DNA of 64,000 nt, from NCBI GenBank assembly GCA_965223665.1, contig OZ245011.1:384001-448000 (forward strand), given 5' to 3'. Positions 8,790-20,120 of the stretch are shown one piece after another. The notes below the pieces were generated by a model. The model was not told the origin of the DNA. It did no database searches and saw only the letters and a program-made list of their open reading frames with translations. How positions within the stretch are numbered: position 1 is the stretch's first letter; the number at the start of each line of letters is the position of its first letter. The position numbers and the translations under genes are program-made. Origin of the DNA: Nitrospinaceae bacterium. Lineage in GTDB: Bacteria > Nitrospinota > Nitrospinia > Nitrospinales > Nitrospinaceae.

Positions 8790-9713
8790 ATGAAGAACAA
8801 ACATTTGGTCTTTGGCGTTATTGGTTGTTTTTTTATATCAATTTTATTTCTGTTAGTCATTGTCTGGGAAATCAAAAAATCTATTGATCATGATAAACGG
8901 ATTCGGACTTTAGCGGCAAAATCTAAGGAAGTTACCATTCAGGACAACCGAGACTTTAGTATATACGAAACCTTGACAGGTGATGATAATCGGGAAATGA
9001 TTTTGGTCCCCGAAGGAGTTTTTACTCGAGGCTCACTAGAGGGTGGATTCGATGAAAAACCGCAACAAGAAATTTATCTTGACGCGTTTTATGTTGATAA
9101 GTATGAAGTAACCGTCGAATCCTATAACCAATTCCGTAAAGCTGCAAACTATGTAGAACCTTCTGTACCCTTTTTTCAGGGAGACTATGAGATGCTGAAA
9201 ACCCCTAATTTCCCGGTAGTCGGGGTTTCCTGGTACGATGCGGTAAATTACTGCACCTGGGCAGGAAAGCGACTTTTGACTGAAGCAGAATGGGAAAAGG
9301 CTGCACGTGGTACGCATGGATTAGTTTATCCCTGGGGTAACGATATGCTTCCCAAAAGAGCGAATATTTCGGGAACAGCAGATGGATTTAAATTTATGGC
9401 ACCTGTAGGTAGCTTTCCTATGGGTCGTAGTGTATATGGAGTTTATGATATGGCAGGTAATGCTTCTGAATGGGTGCAGGATTGGTACAGTCAATTTACC
9501 TACGAGGAATCTCCCATGATCAATCCCACAGGAGCAGGAAAAAGTAAAAATCGTGTTTTTCGAGGTGGTTCCTGGGATGCACGTAAAGTGGATATACGTT
9601 CCGCGAAACGCTTTGCCGCAACTCCGGGCCGAAAAGATAGCATTGTGGGTTTTCGTTGTGGTAAATCCGTAGTTCCTAAAAATTCCCAAGGCGCCGGAAA
9701 GTCTAAAAGTTGA
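8790..9713 (+). CDS. Membrane-anchored FGE-sulfatase (SUMF1/EgtB/PvdO) domain protein
   Basis: DKYEVT, RLLTEAEWEKAARG, YDMAGNASEW, RGGSW, GFRC; N-terminal TM. Confidence 0.9.
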   Translation: MKNKHLVFGVIGCFFISILFLLVIVWEIKKSIDHDKRIRTLAAKSKEVTIQDNRDFSIYETLTGDDNREMILVPEGVFTRGSLEGGFDEKPQQEIYLDAFYVDKYEVTVESYNQFRKAANYVEPSVPFFQGDYEMLKTPNFPVVGVSWYDAVNYCTWAGKRLLTEAEWEKAARGTHGLVYPWGNDMLPKRANISGTADGFKFMAPVGSFPMGRSVYGVYDMAGNASEWVQDWYSQFTYEESPMINPTGAGKSKNRVFRGGSWDARKVDIRSAKRFAATPGRKDSIVGFRCGKSVVPKNSQGAGKSKS

Positions 9714-12550
9714 CGGATGTTCTTTTCTTGAATCGATCCCAATATAAATTTTGGATATTTGCGTTTTTCTTTATTTCAGGGGCTTCTGGACTGATTTATG
9801 AAGTAGTTTGGACGCGACTTTTAACCTTGGTAATGGGAAATACACATTATTCTGTGTCTACAGTTCTGACAACCTTCATGACCGGGCTTGCTCTGGGGAG
9901 TTATTTTGGGGGGAAGTTCATTGATCGTGGTGGGCGTCCTTTATTTTTATATGGCATTTTAGAAGGTTCGATAGGCCTTTATTGTCTTTTAATTCCCTTT
10001 TTGATTGATGGAGCATTGCCTGTTTTTCAATGGATTTATGCAAATTTTCAAAATTCTTACGCCACAGCAAGCCTTTTACGTTTTCTAATTTGTTTCTTAA
10101 TTTTAATCATCCCTTCCTTTTTCATGGGGGCTACTTTACCTATCCTGGGAAAATTTGTTTCAAATGACCCAGAAGTAATAGGTCGTGATGTAGGGACCCT
10201 TTATTCCCTTAATACTTTAGGAGCGGTCGTCGGTGCTTTTGCGAGTGCGTTTTTATTGATGAAAAATTTTGGGATTTCCAACACTATTTTAATCAGCGCG
10301 GGTCTTAACATTTCAATTGCGGTTATAATTTTAGTTTTTCTAAATAAAAGTTCTTATAAAAATATTTCTTCCAATGAAGACGAAGTAAACTCTGCCGAAT
10401 CAGCTAAAAAATTTACTCCTGAAATGTTATTAATTCTTTTGGGGTTTGGTATTTCCGGAATTGCTGCGCTAATTTACCAAGTCACCTGGAATCGAATTTT
10501 CTCCCTTCTCTTAGGTTCTTCTGTTTATGCGTTTAGTTTAATTTTAACTGGTTTTATTCTAGGTTTAGCTTCTGGGACGATGATTTTTTCTCGAATATGT
10601 CATCTCTTTAAAGATTTACAAAAGGTTTTTGGATTGCTTCAAGTGGGTATTGGTTTATCCGCTTTAATCGCATTGCCTTTTTTCGGGAATATTCCAATGG
10701 TGAATCGATGGGTATATCTAAATTGGGGTTTAGATTTTGTTTCTATTCAAGGAGCCAATTTTTTAATTATTATAACTTTAATCTTTATACCCACTTTTTT
10801 GATGGGTGCCCAGTTTCCCGTGGTTGTAAAGCTTATTGCTAAAAAACTTGAAACTTTGGGACACCATGTAGGTACTGCTTATGCTTCTAATACCATTGGA
10901 ACTATTCTAGGTTCATTTTTAGGAGGATTTCTTCTTATACCCTGGTTAGGAATTCAAGGGACAATAATGTTTGCAATCTTTATGAATGTAGTTTTGGGGG
11001 TAATTTTGCTTTTTGGATCCCAAACCTTATCTTCAATTACAAAAGCCTATGTTCTTCCTGGTCTCATTTTCTTAGTCTTATTTTCTCCAAAAGTTATTAA
11101 GCCGTGGGATAAAGCAGTCATATCCAGTGGCTCATTTATGCCCTATAGAATTGATGATTTAAAAGAAGCAATTCAGCAGAATAATAAGATTCTTTATTAT
11201 AAAGAGGGAACTCATACTACGGTTACTACTGAATTAGCAGTTACAGGGAATATTTTTCTTCGGGTAAATGGAAAAACTGATGCTTCGCTGGCAATGGATA
11301 TGAGGACTCAGTTGCTTTCTGGTTATTTGCCAATGTTTTTTGCAAAAGACCCACAATCAGTTTTAGTGGTGGGTCAAGGTAGTGGAGTGACTTTGGGTGC
11401 CGTGGAGCAATTTCCAGTTAAAGAAATTGACTTGGTAGAAATTTCTCCCGCAGTTATTGAAGGAAGTCAATATTTTGAACCATTCAATCACCAGGCTTTA
11501 AAAGATCCCAGAGTTCGTTTAATTCTAGAAGATGGAAGAAATCATATTACACTTACTGAAAAAAAATACGATGTGATCATTTCTGAACCATCAAATCCTT
11601 GGATATCTGGTGTTGGGGCTTTATTCACGCAGGATTTTTATAAGTTAGTGCGCCCGAGATTGAATCCGGGTGGAATTGCTTGTATCTGGATGCATACCAA
11701 TATGTCTCCTGAAAGTTTTAAATCGATATCAAAGGCATTCCATTCCGAGTTTCCCTTCGTCACTATGTGGGAATCCATAGTAGGGGATGATTATCTTTTG
11801 ATTGGTTCTGATGCTCCTTATACGATTCCTTATGAAAGAGTAAGACGTTTAATTGAAGATTCAATACAGGGTAGGGATTTGCGGAGGCTTGGAATCAGAA
11901 GTGTTAGGGATCTTATGGGACTCATGATAATGGATCAGGCCAACCTAAAAAAGTTTATTAAATCCGCTCCAATTCATACAGATGATAATTCATTATTAGA
12001 GTTTGGCGCTCCGGAATATATCTATAAGGATGAAAGGCATATCATTGTTCAGCAATTAACGCCTTTTTTCCAAACTTTTCCGGAAATATTAAGATTTGAA
12101 GAATTGCCCATTGATAAGCAGAAACAGGTTAGAAAAGAAATTGCCTCTTTGGATCGGTCTGAAATTCAAGTTAGGGAGATAAAACGAAAAGCCAGGATCG
12201 ATCAATATTTGGATCAAGCGGTGGAAGCGGTCAACCGTGGTGGTTTAGAAAAAGCGGTCCAGTTTTATAAAAAGATCCTGGAACAGGAGCCTGATCATAT
12301 TCTAACGCATTTAAACTTGGGTAATATTTATTCGGAAATCCAGGAGTATCAGTTGGCTGAAAAGGAATATTTAACAACATTAAAAATAAATCCCTATTAT
12401 GTGTTTGGAAATTTAGCGTTAGCAAGATTGTATTTGAAAACTCAAAAATCTGAAAAAGCCATCGAGGTGTTGGAAGATGTTTCGAAACTTTTGCCACATG
12501 ACAAAGATATTGCAAAATTTTTGGATATTGTGCGTAAGAAAAAGGCATGA
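9710..12550 (+). CDS. Fused multi-TM/spermidine synthase-like protein with C-terminal TPRs
   Basis: SGASGLIYEVVW, MGATLP, NTLGAVVG (repeated membrane halves); VVGQGSG, VEISPAV, EDGR, DVIISEPSNPW; terminal TPR helices. Confidence 0.88.
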   Translation: MTDVLFLNRSQYKFWIFAFFFISGASGLIYEVVWTRLLTLVMGNTHYSVSTVLTTFMTGLALGSYFGGKFIDRGGRPLFLYGILEGSIGLYCLLIPFLIDGALPVFQWIYANFQNSYATASLLRFLICFLILIIPSFFMGATLPILGKFVSNDPEVIGRDVGTLYSLNTLGAVVGAFASAFLLMKNFGISNTILISAGLNISIAVIILVFLNKSSYKNISSNEDEVNSAESAKKFTPEMLLILLGFGISGIAALIYQVTWNRIFSLLLGSSVYAFSLILTGFILGLASGTMIFSRICHLFKDLQKVFGLLQVGIGLSALIALPFFGNIPMVNRWVYLNWGLDFVSIQGANFLIIITLIFIPTFLMGAQFPVVVKLIAKKLETLGHHVGTAYASNTIGTILGSFLGGFLLIPWLGIQGTIMFAIFMNVVLGVILLFGSQTLSSITKAYVLPGLIFLVLFSPKVIKPWDKAVISSGSFMPYRIDDLKEAIQQNNKILYYKEGTHTTVTTELAVTGNIFLRVNGKTDASLAMDMRTQLLSGYLPMFFAKDPQSVLVVGQGSGVTLGAVEQFPVKEIDLVEISPAVIEGSQYFEPFNHQALKDPRVRLILEDGRNHITLTEKKYDVIISEPSNPWISGVGALFTQDFYKLVRPRLNPGGIACIWMHTNMSPESFKSISKAFHSEFPFVTMWESIVGDDYLLIGSDAPYTIPYERVRRLIEDSIQGRDLRRLGIRSVRDLMGLMIMDQANLKKFIKSAPIHTDDNSLLEFGAPEYIYKDERHIIVQQLTPFFQTFPEILRFEELPIDKQKQVRKEIASLDRSEIQVREIKRKARIDQYLDQAVEAVNRGGLEKAVQFYKKILEQEPDHILTHLNLGNIYSEIQEYQLAEKEYLTTLKINPYYVFGNLALARLYLKTQKSEKAIEVLEDVSKLLPHDKDIAKFLDIVRKKKA

Positions 12551-12661
12551 ATATGCGACAAAACTTCATATTAGTCTCTAAAGAAATTTTGCTCCGTTAT
12601 GATATTACTTGTATACTCGCAAGCTATTGGAAACAAATATTTTTTATTGAAAGAAGTGTCA

Positions 12662-13399
12662 ATGCCTAGAAAAGTGAAAATTCTGTGGGTTGTTTGTTGT
12701 ATTTTTATTTTTATTGGATTTATATATTTGTCCATGCAGGATCAGATGCAAAAGGCTCAAGTAAAGTCAAAAGAAAGGCAAGAAAGAATTCAACAGCAGA
12801 AAAAAGAGAAACTGGCAAAGCTGAAGGAAAAAGCAGCCCTAGAGGAACAAGTTCAAAAAATAAAAGAACTCAATGCATTGGGGAAACACTTAGAAGCTGC
12901 TGAGGTAGCTAAAAACTTAATTGAAAAAGATCCCAAAAATGCGAAAGCGTATACTTGGTGGGGAATCACTTTGGTTAAATTAGATAAATATGATGAGGCT
13001 TTGGAAAAGTTTATTACCTCCTCACAAGTCGACCCGAATCAAGTCCAAACCTATATATACTGGGGGCTGACTCTTGATTTACAGAAAAAACATGAGGAGG
13101 CTATTGATAAATACGAAAACGCTTTATTGTTGGATCCTCATAATAGTAAGGCTTATGCTTCATGGGGAGCGGCATTAAATCAAATGGGAAAATATGATGA
13201 AGCCATAGAAAAATTAAAAGAGTCGTTGGACTATAATCCACATAATAAGTCCGCCTATGGGGTTTTGGTAGATTCGTATTTCCATAAGGGTGAATATAAA
13301 AATGCATGGGAGGTGGTATCTAAAGCCAGGAATGCAAAAATTACCATTTCCAAAGCGTCCTTGAAAAGGCTGGCGGATGCAAGTCCAGAGCCTAAGTGA
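12662..13399 (+). CDS. Membrane-anchored TPR protein
   Basis: N-terminal TM, coiled coil, then 34-aa repeats DPxNxxAYxxWG. Confidence 0.85.
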   Translation: MPRKVKILWVVCCIFIFIGFIYLSMQDQMQKAQVKSKERQERIQQQKKEKLAKLKEKAALEEQVQKIKELNALGKHLEAAEVAKNLIEKDPKNAKAYTWWGITLVKLDKYDEALEKFITSSQVDPNQVQTYIYWGLTLDLQKKHEEAIDKYENALLLDPHNSKAYASWGAALNQMGKYDEAIEKLKESLDYNPHNKSAYGVLVDSYFHKGEYKNAWEVVSKARNAKITISKASLKRLADASPEPK

Positions 13400-13528
13400 G
13401 ATAAAAGTTTTTTTTGATATTGGCTTTTGATATATTAAACAGGTTATACCTATGATTAATGGATCTTACCTAAAATTTACATTTTCCTCCCTCCACTTTC
13501 TTTTGTTGAAAGGAAGCTCAACAAATAA

Positions 13529-14575
13529 ATGAAAACTCTTCGATCTAATTCATGGTTCCTTATTTTTGCCATAGTAAGTCTTTTGCTTTTTACTTCTGTT
13601 TCTTCTGCAGATGAATCAATCCAGGAAAAGAGTACCTTGATTGAAAAGGTCAGCTTGGGTTGGAAGGTGGTGAAACAGAAAACATTTGAAATTCCCAATT
13701 ATGCTAAAACTATTGCAAATTATAAGCCTTCTTTTGAAATTCCAAATTTTGCAAAGACTATCGCAAATTATAAGCCTTCCTTTACGAAATATCTTTCCTG
13801 GCCAAAGTTAACTGAGCATGATTATGGAAGAGTTGTCCTGGTAAGTTCTGAAGGGCGGGCATTAAACAGTTATTATGAATCCAGTGATTTAGATTCGATT
13901 TATGCGCAAAATGAAATAAATAATGATGATCCATTTGAGGATCCGTTTGCCAGTGAGGAAGTAAAGTATCCTCCACTAAAAGATCCTTGGGAAGGCTTCA
14001 ACCGTTCTATGTTTTGGTTTAATGATAATTTGTATGTTTATTTTCTTAGACCTGTCGCATTAACTTACCGAGAAATCGTTCATGAAGACATTCGAATTAT
14101 TGTTAGCAACTTATTTGATACCGTGGCCGCGCCTGCTAAATTATTCAGTAGTATTATGCAGGGTGATTTTAATAAATCCGGACGAGTTATTAGCCGAACG
14201 GTGATTAATATACTATTTGGCTGGGGAGGAATGTTCGATGTTGCGGGTGAGGAATATGGGATAAAAAATGTAAATGAAGACTTTGGGCAAGCTCTAGGAA
14301 ATCATTTGTTTCCACCCGGTCCCTACTTAGTGTTGCCTTTTTTAGGACCTTCCACCTTGAGAGATACTTTTGGGCGCGTGGTGGATTCGTTTTTAAATCC
14401 GATTTTTTTCTTGAATCCAGGTTTCTTTGTAAGTGCAGGCTTAACGGCAACTAATATGATAAATGAAACTGCTTTTCGAATTAAGGATATTGATGCCCTA
14501 AGGGAGGATTTTGACCCTTATTCAAATATGAAGAATTTTTATCATCAATTCCGTGAAAAAGCGGTCGAGGAATAA
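13529..14575 (+). CDS. mlaA: VacJ/MlaA family protein with N-terminal extension
   Basis: DPWEGFNRSMFWFND, EDFGQALG, GPYLVLPFLGPSTLRD, DPY. Confidence 0.88.
   Translation: MKTLRSNSWFLIFAIVSLLLFTSVSSADESIQEKSTLIEKVSLGWKVVKQKTFEIPNYAKTIANYKPSFEIPNFAKTIANYKPSFTKYLSWPKLTEHDYGRVVLVSSEGRALNSYYESSDLDSIYAQNEINNDDPFEDPFASEEVKYPPLKDPWEGFNRSMFWFNDNLYVYFLRPVALTYREIVHEDIRIIVSNLFDTVAAPAKLFSSIMQGDFNKSGRVISRTVINILFGWGGMFDVAGEEYGIKNVNEDFGQALGNHLFPPGPYLVLPFLGPSTLRDTFGRVVDSFLNPIFFLNPGFFVSAGLTATNMINETAFRIKDIDALREDFDPYSNMKNFYHQFREKAVEE
13685..13780 (+). repeat. 2 x 48-bp in-frame tandem repeat within mlaA
   Basis: FEIPNYAKTIANYKPS / FEIPNFAKTIANYKPS; units start at 13685 and 13733. Confidence 0.92.
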
Positions 14576-14704
14576 TCCACAATTGGCTTTCTCCGATTTA
14601 ACTCGGCTAATTAATATAGAATTTGGTTTTTAGCTTTCTTCCCTACATAAGATTTTGTATCCTTGATCCATCCAAATTTATTTTTGAACTTTACAAGGAT
14701 TACA

Positions 14705-16894
14705 ATGTCCCCTTCGCAGTTTACGAATCGATTAATAAATGAAACGAGTCCCTATCTTCAACAGCATGCTCATAATCCAATAGAATGGTTTCCTTGGGGA
14801 CCTGAAGCTTTTAATAAGGCCAAACAGGAAGATAAACCTGTTTTCCTAAGTATTGGGTATTCGGCTTGTCATTGGTGCCATGTCATGGCAAATGAATCCT
14901 TTGAAAATATTGAAATTGCCAAACTTGCAAACGAATTGTTTGTAAACGTAAAAGTAGACCGAGAGGAACGACCCGATATTGATGCCCTTTACATGAAGGC
15001 CATAGTTGAACTTACAGGCCATGGGGGTTGGCCACTGAGTATTTTTTTGACTCCTGATCAAGAACCCTATTTCGGGGGAACTTACTATCCCCCAAAATCA
15101 AGAAATCGTCAGCCGGGGTTTAAGGATGTATTGAACCAGGCATATGATCTTTATAAAAGTCAAAAGGATCAGTTGGGAACAAGAACAAGAAATTTACTGA
15201 CAAAAATACAAAGTAAAAATGAAGCGGGAGATTCTAATCAGGAGATACCTGTTAGTGAGTTTATTTCCAAGTCTACTCAATTAATGGCAGAGCGTTTTGA
15301 TGAGACGTATGGTGGTTTTGGAGGGGGAATGAAATTTCCCGAACCAATGATTTATGCTTTGTTACTTCGTCATTGGTGGAAAAATGATAATAACGAAGCA
15401 ATAATGATGGTCGATAAATCTCTTACCAAAATGGCAGAAGGTGGAATGTATGATCAATTGGGTGGTGGGTTTCATCGATATTCCACGGATAGAAAGTGGT
15501 TGGTTCCGCATTTTGAAAAGATGCTTTATGACAATGCTCTTTTAACTAAACTTTTTTTAGAAACCTTTCAGGCAACAAAGCAGGAAATATATGAGCGTAT
15601 TCCCTGCGAAACTTTGGATTATATTTTAAGAGAAATGACTTCCGAAGAAGGAGGTTTTTTTTCGAGTCAAGATGCTGATACGGAAGAAGGAGAGGGAAGC
15701 TTTTTCCTATGGCAAATGCGAGAAGTTCTCGATCTATTGGGTCCACGTCATGCGAAGGTGTTTTGCCGAATTTATGGAATTACTTCTGCGGGAAACTTTC
15801 AAAAGAAAAATGTGCTGCATTTGAAAGATTCTCTGGAAACCATTTCCGATGAGGAAGGGATACCCATTTTTGAAGTGAGTCACATAGCAAAAACTGCCAA
15901 ACAAACTCTATTCCAGGCTAGAGAGAAAAGAAAATTACCGTTTGTAGATGAAAAAATTCTTACAGGATGGAATGGAATGATGATTGGAGCTATGGCTTAC
16001 GGTTACTTTGTCTTAAGGAACCCGGAATATTTAAAAGCTGCTTCAAAGGCTGCAAATTTTATTTGGGATCGATTACGTGAAAATGAAAAACTTTACCGGG
16101 TCTATAAAGATGGGCAATCTAAAGTGCTTGCTGGAATAGAAGATTATTCATGGTATTTAGATGGCTTATTAAGACTATACGAGGCATCTTTAGATTTGGA
16201 ATGGATTAATAAGGCAAAAATAATAGCTGACGAAATGATTAAATTATTTTGGGATATATCTGATGGGGGTTTTTTCATGACAGGAAGTCTTCAGGAAAAC
16301 TTGATAGCGCGAATTAAGGATTCTCACGATGAAGCAATTCCTTCGTCTAATTCAATTGCAGCTAAAGCTTTAATAAAATTAGGTCGGTTAACGGGAAATA
16401 CCGAATATTCTTTAAAAGGTAGGAAAACTATTCAGGCGTTTCAGGGTTCTATAGAACTTCAACCGGCAGCACATTCCAGTTTCTTAGATGCATTGGAATA
16501 TTATGATTCTCCGCCATTGGAAGTTGTTATTTCAGGTGACGAAAATGATAAAGAGTATCTTGAAATGCTAAAAGTGATATATCAGGATTATCGTCCTAAC
16601 TTGTTATTGGTTGGATATAAAGGTGAAAAAACTTTTGAAATAATACCCTGGGCTCAGGGCAGAGGGCCTGTGTCGGGAAAAACAACAGCTTATGTTTGTA
16701 AAGACAATTCTTGTCACCCTCCAGTGCATGATTCGGAGTCACTTAATCATCTCTTAGGTCGTCCTCCGAGAATTAGCTTGAACATTTTTGATCAGGAGAA
16801 ACAAGTCCAAGATATGCAATCACGTGAGCAAGATAATTTTCTTAACGCGATGTCAGATATTTTTAAGTACTCAGGGTTAGGAAAAAAAAGATAA
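14705..16894 (+). CDS. YyaL/SPATA20-like thioredoxin domain-containing protein
   Basis: [49 protein letters not shown]. Confidence 0.93.
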   Translation: MSPSQFTNRLINETSPYLQQHAHNPIEWFPWGPEAFNKAKQEDKPVFLSIGYSACHWCHVMANESFENIEIAKLANELFVNVKVDREERPDIDALYMKAIVELTGHGGWPLSIFLTPDQEPYFGGTYYPPKSRNRQPGFKDVLNQAYDLYKSQKDQLGTRTRNLLTKIQSKNEAGDSNQEIPVSEFISKSTQLMAERFDETYGGFGGGMKFPEPMIYALLLRHWWKNDNNEAIMMVDKSLTKMAEGGMYDQLGGGFHRYSTDRKWLVPHFEKMLYDNALLTKLFLETFQATKQEIYERIPCETLDYILREMTSEEGGFFSSQDADTEEGEGSFFLWQMREVLDLLGPRHAKVFCRIYGITSAGNFQKKNVLHLKDSLETISDEEGIPIFEVSHIAKTAKQTLFQAREKRKLPFVDEKILTGWNGMMIGAMAYGYFVLRNPEYLKAASKAANFIWDRLRENEKLYRVYKDGQSKVLAGIEDYSWYLDGLLRLYEASLDLEWINKAKIIADEMIKLFWDISDGGFFMTGSLQENLIARIKDSHDEAIPSSNSIAAKALIKLGRLTGNTEYSLKGRKTIQAFQGSIELQPAAHSSFLDALEYYDSPPLEVVISGDENDKEYLEMLKVIYQDYRPNLLLVGYKGEKTFEIIPWAQGRGPVSGKTTAYVCKDNSCHPPVHDSESLNHLLGRPPRISLNIFDQEKQVQDMQSREQDNFLNAMSDIFKYSGLGKKR

Positions 16895-16940
16895 AAAAAT
16901 AGCTCATTTAGAATTACAAAAAATTCTAAAGGAGCTATTT
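16894..16940. terminator. Probable bidirectional terminator between convergent genes
   Basis: AAATAGCTC-A-TTTAGAATT / AATTCTAAA-G-GAGCTATTT inverted repeat flanked by A/T runs. Confidence 0.65.
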
Positions 16941-16959
16941 ATATTTAATTTATTTTTAC

Positions 16960-17505
16960 CTAAATTCCCATCGATAAGGTTAGATCGATTAAATCTAAAA
17001 TTATTCCAGTGTCATTTTCTACTAAAGCTACTTGGTTATTAAAATAATATCGGCTGGTTCCAGGGTGTGAGGGAGGTAACTTATCCAATAATTTTTGTGG
17101 AAGTGACTCTCCTGAAATATCTTTGGGAAACTTTTCCTCTTTAATTAATCCAGGAGCTAGATATCCGTTTTCACTAACTGATCCCTTGGGAATTGGTTGT
17201 TTTGCTTCCTTGGGTTTCCACTTAATAGGATGCGGCTTATGGTACTGACTGTAATAGTTGAGAATGACTCTTCGTTCCAATTCTCCAAATCCGATTTTGA
17301 CATTTGAAGCAAGCTTGATTTTTTTGCTTGTATTTGGGGTTTTAGTTTCTTTTGTTACCTTTAAATTATTTTCAAATGTAAATCCCGATAAAATAGATCC
17401 CATAATAAATAATATTGATACCAAAGATTTTAGGTGGAAATCTATTTGATTGAAATTTAATTCAGAGCCTATCCTTAACAGTTTGGTTTTCCGGTTAACC
17501 CACAT
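16960..17505 (-). CDS. Exported hypothetical protein, RcnB/CigR-like Pro-rich type (start uncertain)
   Basis: Hydrophobic N-terminal segment; LAPGLIK...LPQKLLDKLPP...VALVENDTGIILDLI. Confidence 0.55.
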   Translation of the reverse strand: MWVNRKTKLLRIGSELNFNQIDFHLKSLVSILFIMGSILSGFTFENNLKVTKETKTPNTSKKIKLASNVKIGFGELERRVILNYYSQYHKPHPIKWKPKEAKQPIPKGSVSENGYLAPGLIKEEKFPKDISGESLPQKLLDKLPPSHPGTSRYYFNNQVALVENDTGIILDLIDLTLSMGI

Positions 17506-17713
17506 GTTTGTGCTACTCCAAATAGATAGATAGAAATTTAATGTTATTCTAATATTTGAAATTATTTAACAGGCAATGTCCAAATAATTTTTCATTCCAA
17601 AGGGAATAAAAAATATATTCTTAAATCAAATCTAAATATAAAGCCGAAATTCAAAATGAATTTGGTGTAGGGTAAATGTAATGGGGTGAAGGAAAAAATT
17701 CTAAAAAAATTAA

Positions 17714-18169
17714 TTAAAATTCAGACTCATAAACATGATAACCCGCATGGACCATTCCTAAATTTTCGTAAACCAATTTGCCAATTCGGTTTTCTTCTTC
17801 AACATAAAGTCTTAGGCCGACAACTCTTGGGTTAGCTTTAGCTAATGACTCAATATGTAAGAATAATTTTTTAAAAATTCCCTGGTTTCTATAATCCGGA
17901 TGGACGTAGACACTTTGCAACCACCAAAGTTCTCCATTTCGCCAATCACTCCATTCGAAAGTAACCATTGCTTGTCCGAGGACAGAACTGGCTTTTTCGG
18001 CAACATAATATTGACAAATATTAGGTTGTGTTAAACCCTGAATCACTCCCTGCTTTAAGGTCTCTGGTTTAAGAATTTTAGATTCAGTTTCCCAGGCCAT
18101 CTTATTATTAAATTCAATAATGACGCTGGCGTCCTCAGGAATTCCCTTGCGAATTACTATATTGTCCAT
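17714..18169 (-). CDS. GNAT family N-acetyltransferase
   Basis: EWSDWRNG, SVYVHPDYRNQGIF, LRLYVEEEN, YENLGM. Confidence 0.9.
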   Translation of the reverse strand: MDNIVIRKGIPEDASVIIEFNNKMAWETESKILKPETLKQGVIQGLTQPNICQYYVAEKASSVLGQAMVTFEWSDWRNGELWWLQSVYVHPDYRNQGIFKKLFLHIESLAKANPRVVGLRLYVEEENRIGKLVYENLGMVHAGYHVYESEF

Positions 18170-18182
18170 TTTAAACTTTGAA

Positions 18183-18710
18183 TTAAATATTTAGCTGTTG
18201 AATTAAGCTTTGAACCATTTCTTCAATTTTAGAATGCGCTTTCTCAGAAATTAGGCGGTTTTTATCGTCAAAATCTTCATAATTGGTATAAACAATAGGT
18301 TGAATGGTTGTGGCATGGCATTCATATGCTAAAACTTTATCTAAATCTGCAGATGACATGTAGGAATGCTTTCCTCCCGCGTTGCAAACAATACCGGCAA
18401 ATTTTTTGTCATATGCGTTCGATGTAATCTCGATAAAATTTTTCAATACTCCTGAAATAGAATAACAATATACCGGCATTCCAAAAACAAATCCCTGGCC
18501 GCTTTCCAATTTTTTATATACCTTGACCATTGAGTCAGAGTATTTTTTTAAGGGCCTTCCATCGCAAAATTCCATATTTTTTATTTTTCGCAGATCGATG
18601 GTTTCGCAGGGGATTTTGAATTTCTTGAAAAGTCTTGAAATTTCTTTTAGTACAATTGCTGTTTTAGATTTTTTACTCAAGCTTCCTTGGATTAAATAGA
18701 TTTGGGGCAT
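18183..18710 (-). CDS. NAD(P)H-dependent FMN reductase
   Basis: GSLSKKSKT, PVYCYSISGVLKNFIE, AGG. Confidence 0.88.
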   Translation of the reverse strand: MPQIYLIQGSLSKKSKTAIVLKEISRLFKKFKIPCETIDLRKIKNMEFCDGRPLKKYSDSMVKVYKKLESGQGFVFGMPVYCYSISGVLKNFIEITSNAYDKKFAGIVCNAGGKHSYMSSADLDKVLAYECHATTIQPIVYTNYEDFDDKNRLISEKAHSKIEEMVQSLIQQLNI

Positions 18711-18726
18711 ATTAATTCCAGTATTA

Positions 18727-19929
18727 TTAGAGTTGTGTCAAAACCTCATTGATTTTTAAATGAGCCCAATCGATATCGTCCCTTTTTATTATTAGAGGCG
18801 GTGCAATTCGTAGAACATTTTCCTGAGTTTCTTTGCAAAGCAAACCTCTTTCTTGAAGTGCTTCGCAAAATCGTCTTGCTCCACCCGCTGTGGGAAATAA
18901 TTCAATTCCGATGAGTAATCCTTTTCCTCGAACCTCTTTTATGTAGGGAGAAGAAATTTCTTTTAATTTATTTTGAAAATAGTCACCCAGGATTCTAGAG
19001 TTTTCAATTAAATTTTCTTCTACAATAACTCGAAGAGCTTCACGGGCAACTGCACAGGCCAGAGGGTTACCCCCAAAGGTACTTCCGTGATCACCAGGAC
19101 GAAATACTCCTAATACTTCGTGATTAGAAAGGACTGCTGAAATGGGGTAGAATCCTCCAGACAAAGCTTTACCCACCAATGTTAAATCTGATTCTATATT
19201 TTCATGTTCTTCAGCAAACAACTTTCCAGTACGGCCAAGTCCAGTCTGAATTTCATCCAAAATCAACATTACATTTTTTCTCTTACAAATATCTCGAGTT
19301 TCTTTTAAGTAGCCGTTGGGAGGAACAATTACTCCTCCTTCTCCCTGAATGGGTTCTACCAGAAATGCCACAGTATTTGGGGTAATTGCATTTTCTAATG
19401 CCTCACTATTTCCAAAAGGTATAGATTTAAATCCTGGAGTAAAAGGAGCATATCCCTGGCGATATTGTTTTGACGAACTAAATCCCACGATAGTTAAAGT
19501 TCTTCCATGAAAGTTATTTTCGCAAACAATAATTTCAGCTTTCTCATAAGGAACCTTTTTCACTTCATAGCCCCATTTTCGAACCGCTTTAATAGCAGTT
19601 TCTACTGCCTCGGCACCACTATTCATAGGTAAAATGGAGTGCGAATGGGTTAATTCACAAATTTCCTTATAAAATAAACCTAAATGTTCATTTCGAAAGG
19701 CACGGGAAACCAAGGTTAATTTCCTGGCCTGTTCCGTCAAAACCTTTAGAATTCTTGGGTGACAATGGCCCTGGTTAACTGCCGAATACGCAGATAGGCA
19801 GTCCATGTATTTTTTACCTTCTATATCCCAAACCCAAATTCCCTGTCCTCTGGATAAAATAACGTCTAAAGGCTTATAATTATTAGCCCCAAACTTATTT
19901 TCTAAATCGATATAGTCCTGTGTTTTCAT
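18727..19929 (-). CDS. rocD: Ornithine--oxo-acid aminotransferase
   Basis: [59 protein letters not shown]; start at MKTQDY. Confidence 0.95.
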   Translation of the reverse strand: MKTQDYIDLENKFGANNYKPLDVILSRGQGIWVWDIEGKKYMDCLSAYSAVNQGHCHPRILKVLTEQARKLTLVSRAFRNEHLGLFYKEICELTHSHSILPMNSGAEAVETAIKAVRKWGYEVKKVPYEKAEIIVCENNFHGRTLTIVGFSSSKQYRQGYAPFTPGFKSIPFGNSEALENAITPNTVAFLVEPIQGEGGVIVPPNGYLKETRDICKRKNVMLILDEIQTGLGRTGKLFAEEHENIESDLTLVGKALSGGFYPISAVLSNHEVLGVFRPGDHGSTFGGNPLACAVAREALRVIVEENLIENSRILGDYFQNKLKEISSPYIKEVRGKGLLIGIELFPTAGGARRFCEALQERGLLCKETQENVLRIAPPLIIKRDDIDWAHLKINEVLTQL

Positions 19930-20120
19930 TGGTATCTTCTGGATGTTTATTGTTGAATTCTCTATATTTACCAGTTTATCATAGGACCCAAGAACAAAAA
20001 TAAATCTTATCGGAATTGATTTCTTTGGGATTCCCATAGGAATAAGCAATTTCCGTTGATAAAACAATGGAATAATGTATAATTCCAAAGTTTACCAACC
20101 CCATTGAAAGAGAAAAGCTT

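Noticed and set aside
8790-9713. Active formylglycine-generating enzyme, or a diversity-generating retroelement target (also 41214-42071)
   Set aside because: The catalytic Cys pair is absent; no reverse transcriptase or template/variable repeat pair is seen.
13685-13780. Possible CRISPR or mobile-element repeat
   Set aside because: Only two adjacent in-frame units with no spacers and no cas genes.
19930-20088. N-terminal extension of rocD in the ORF track
   Set aside because: Family similarity begins at MKTQDY; the extension spans the divergent promoter region.
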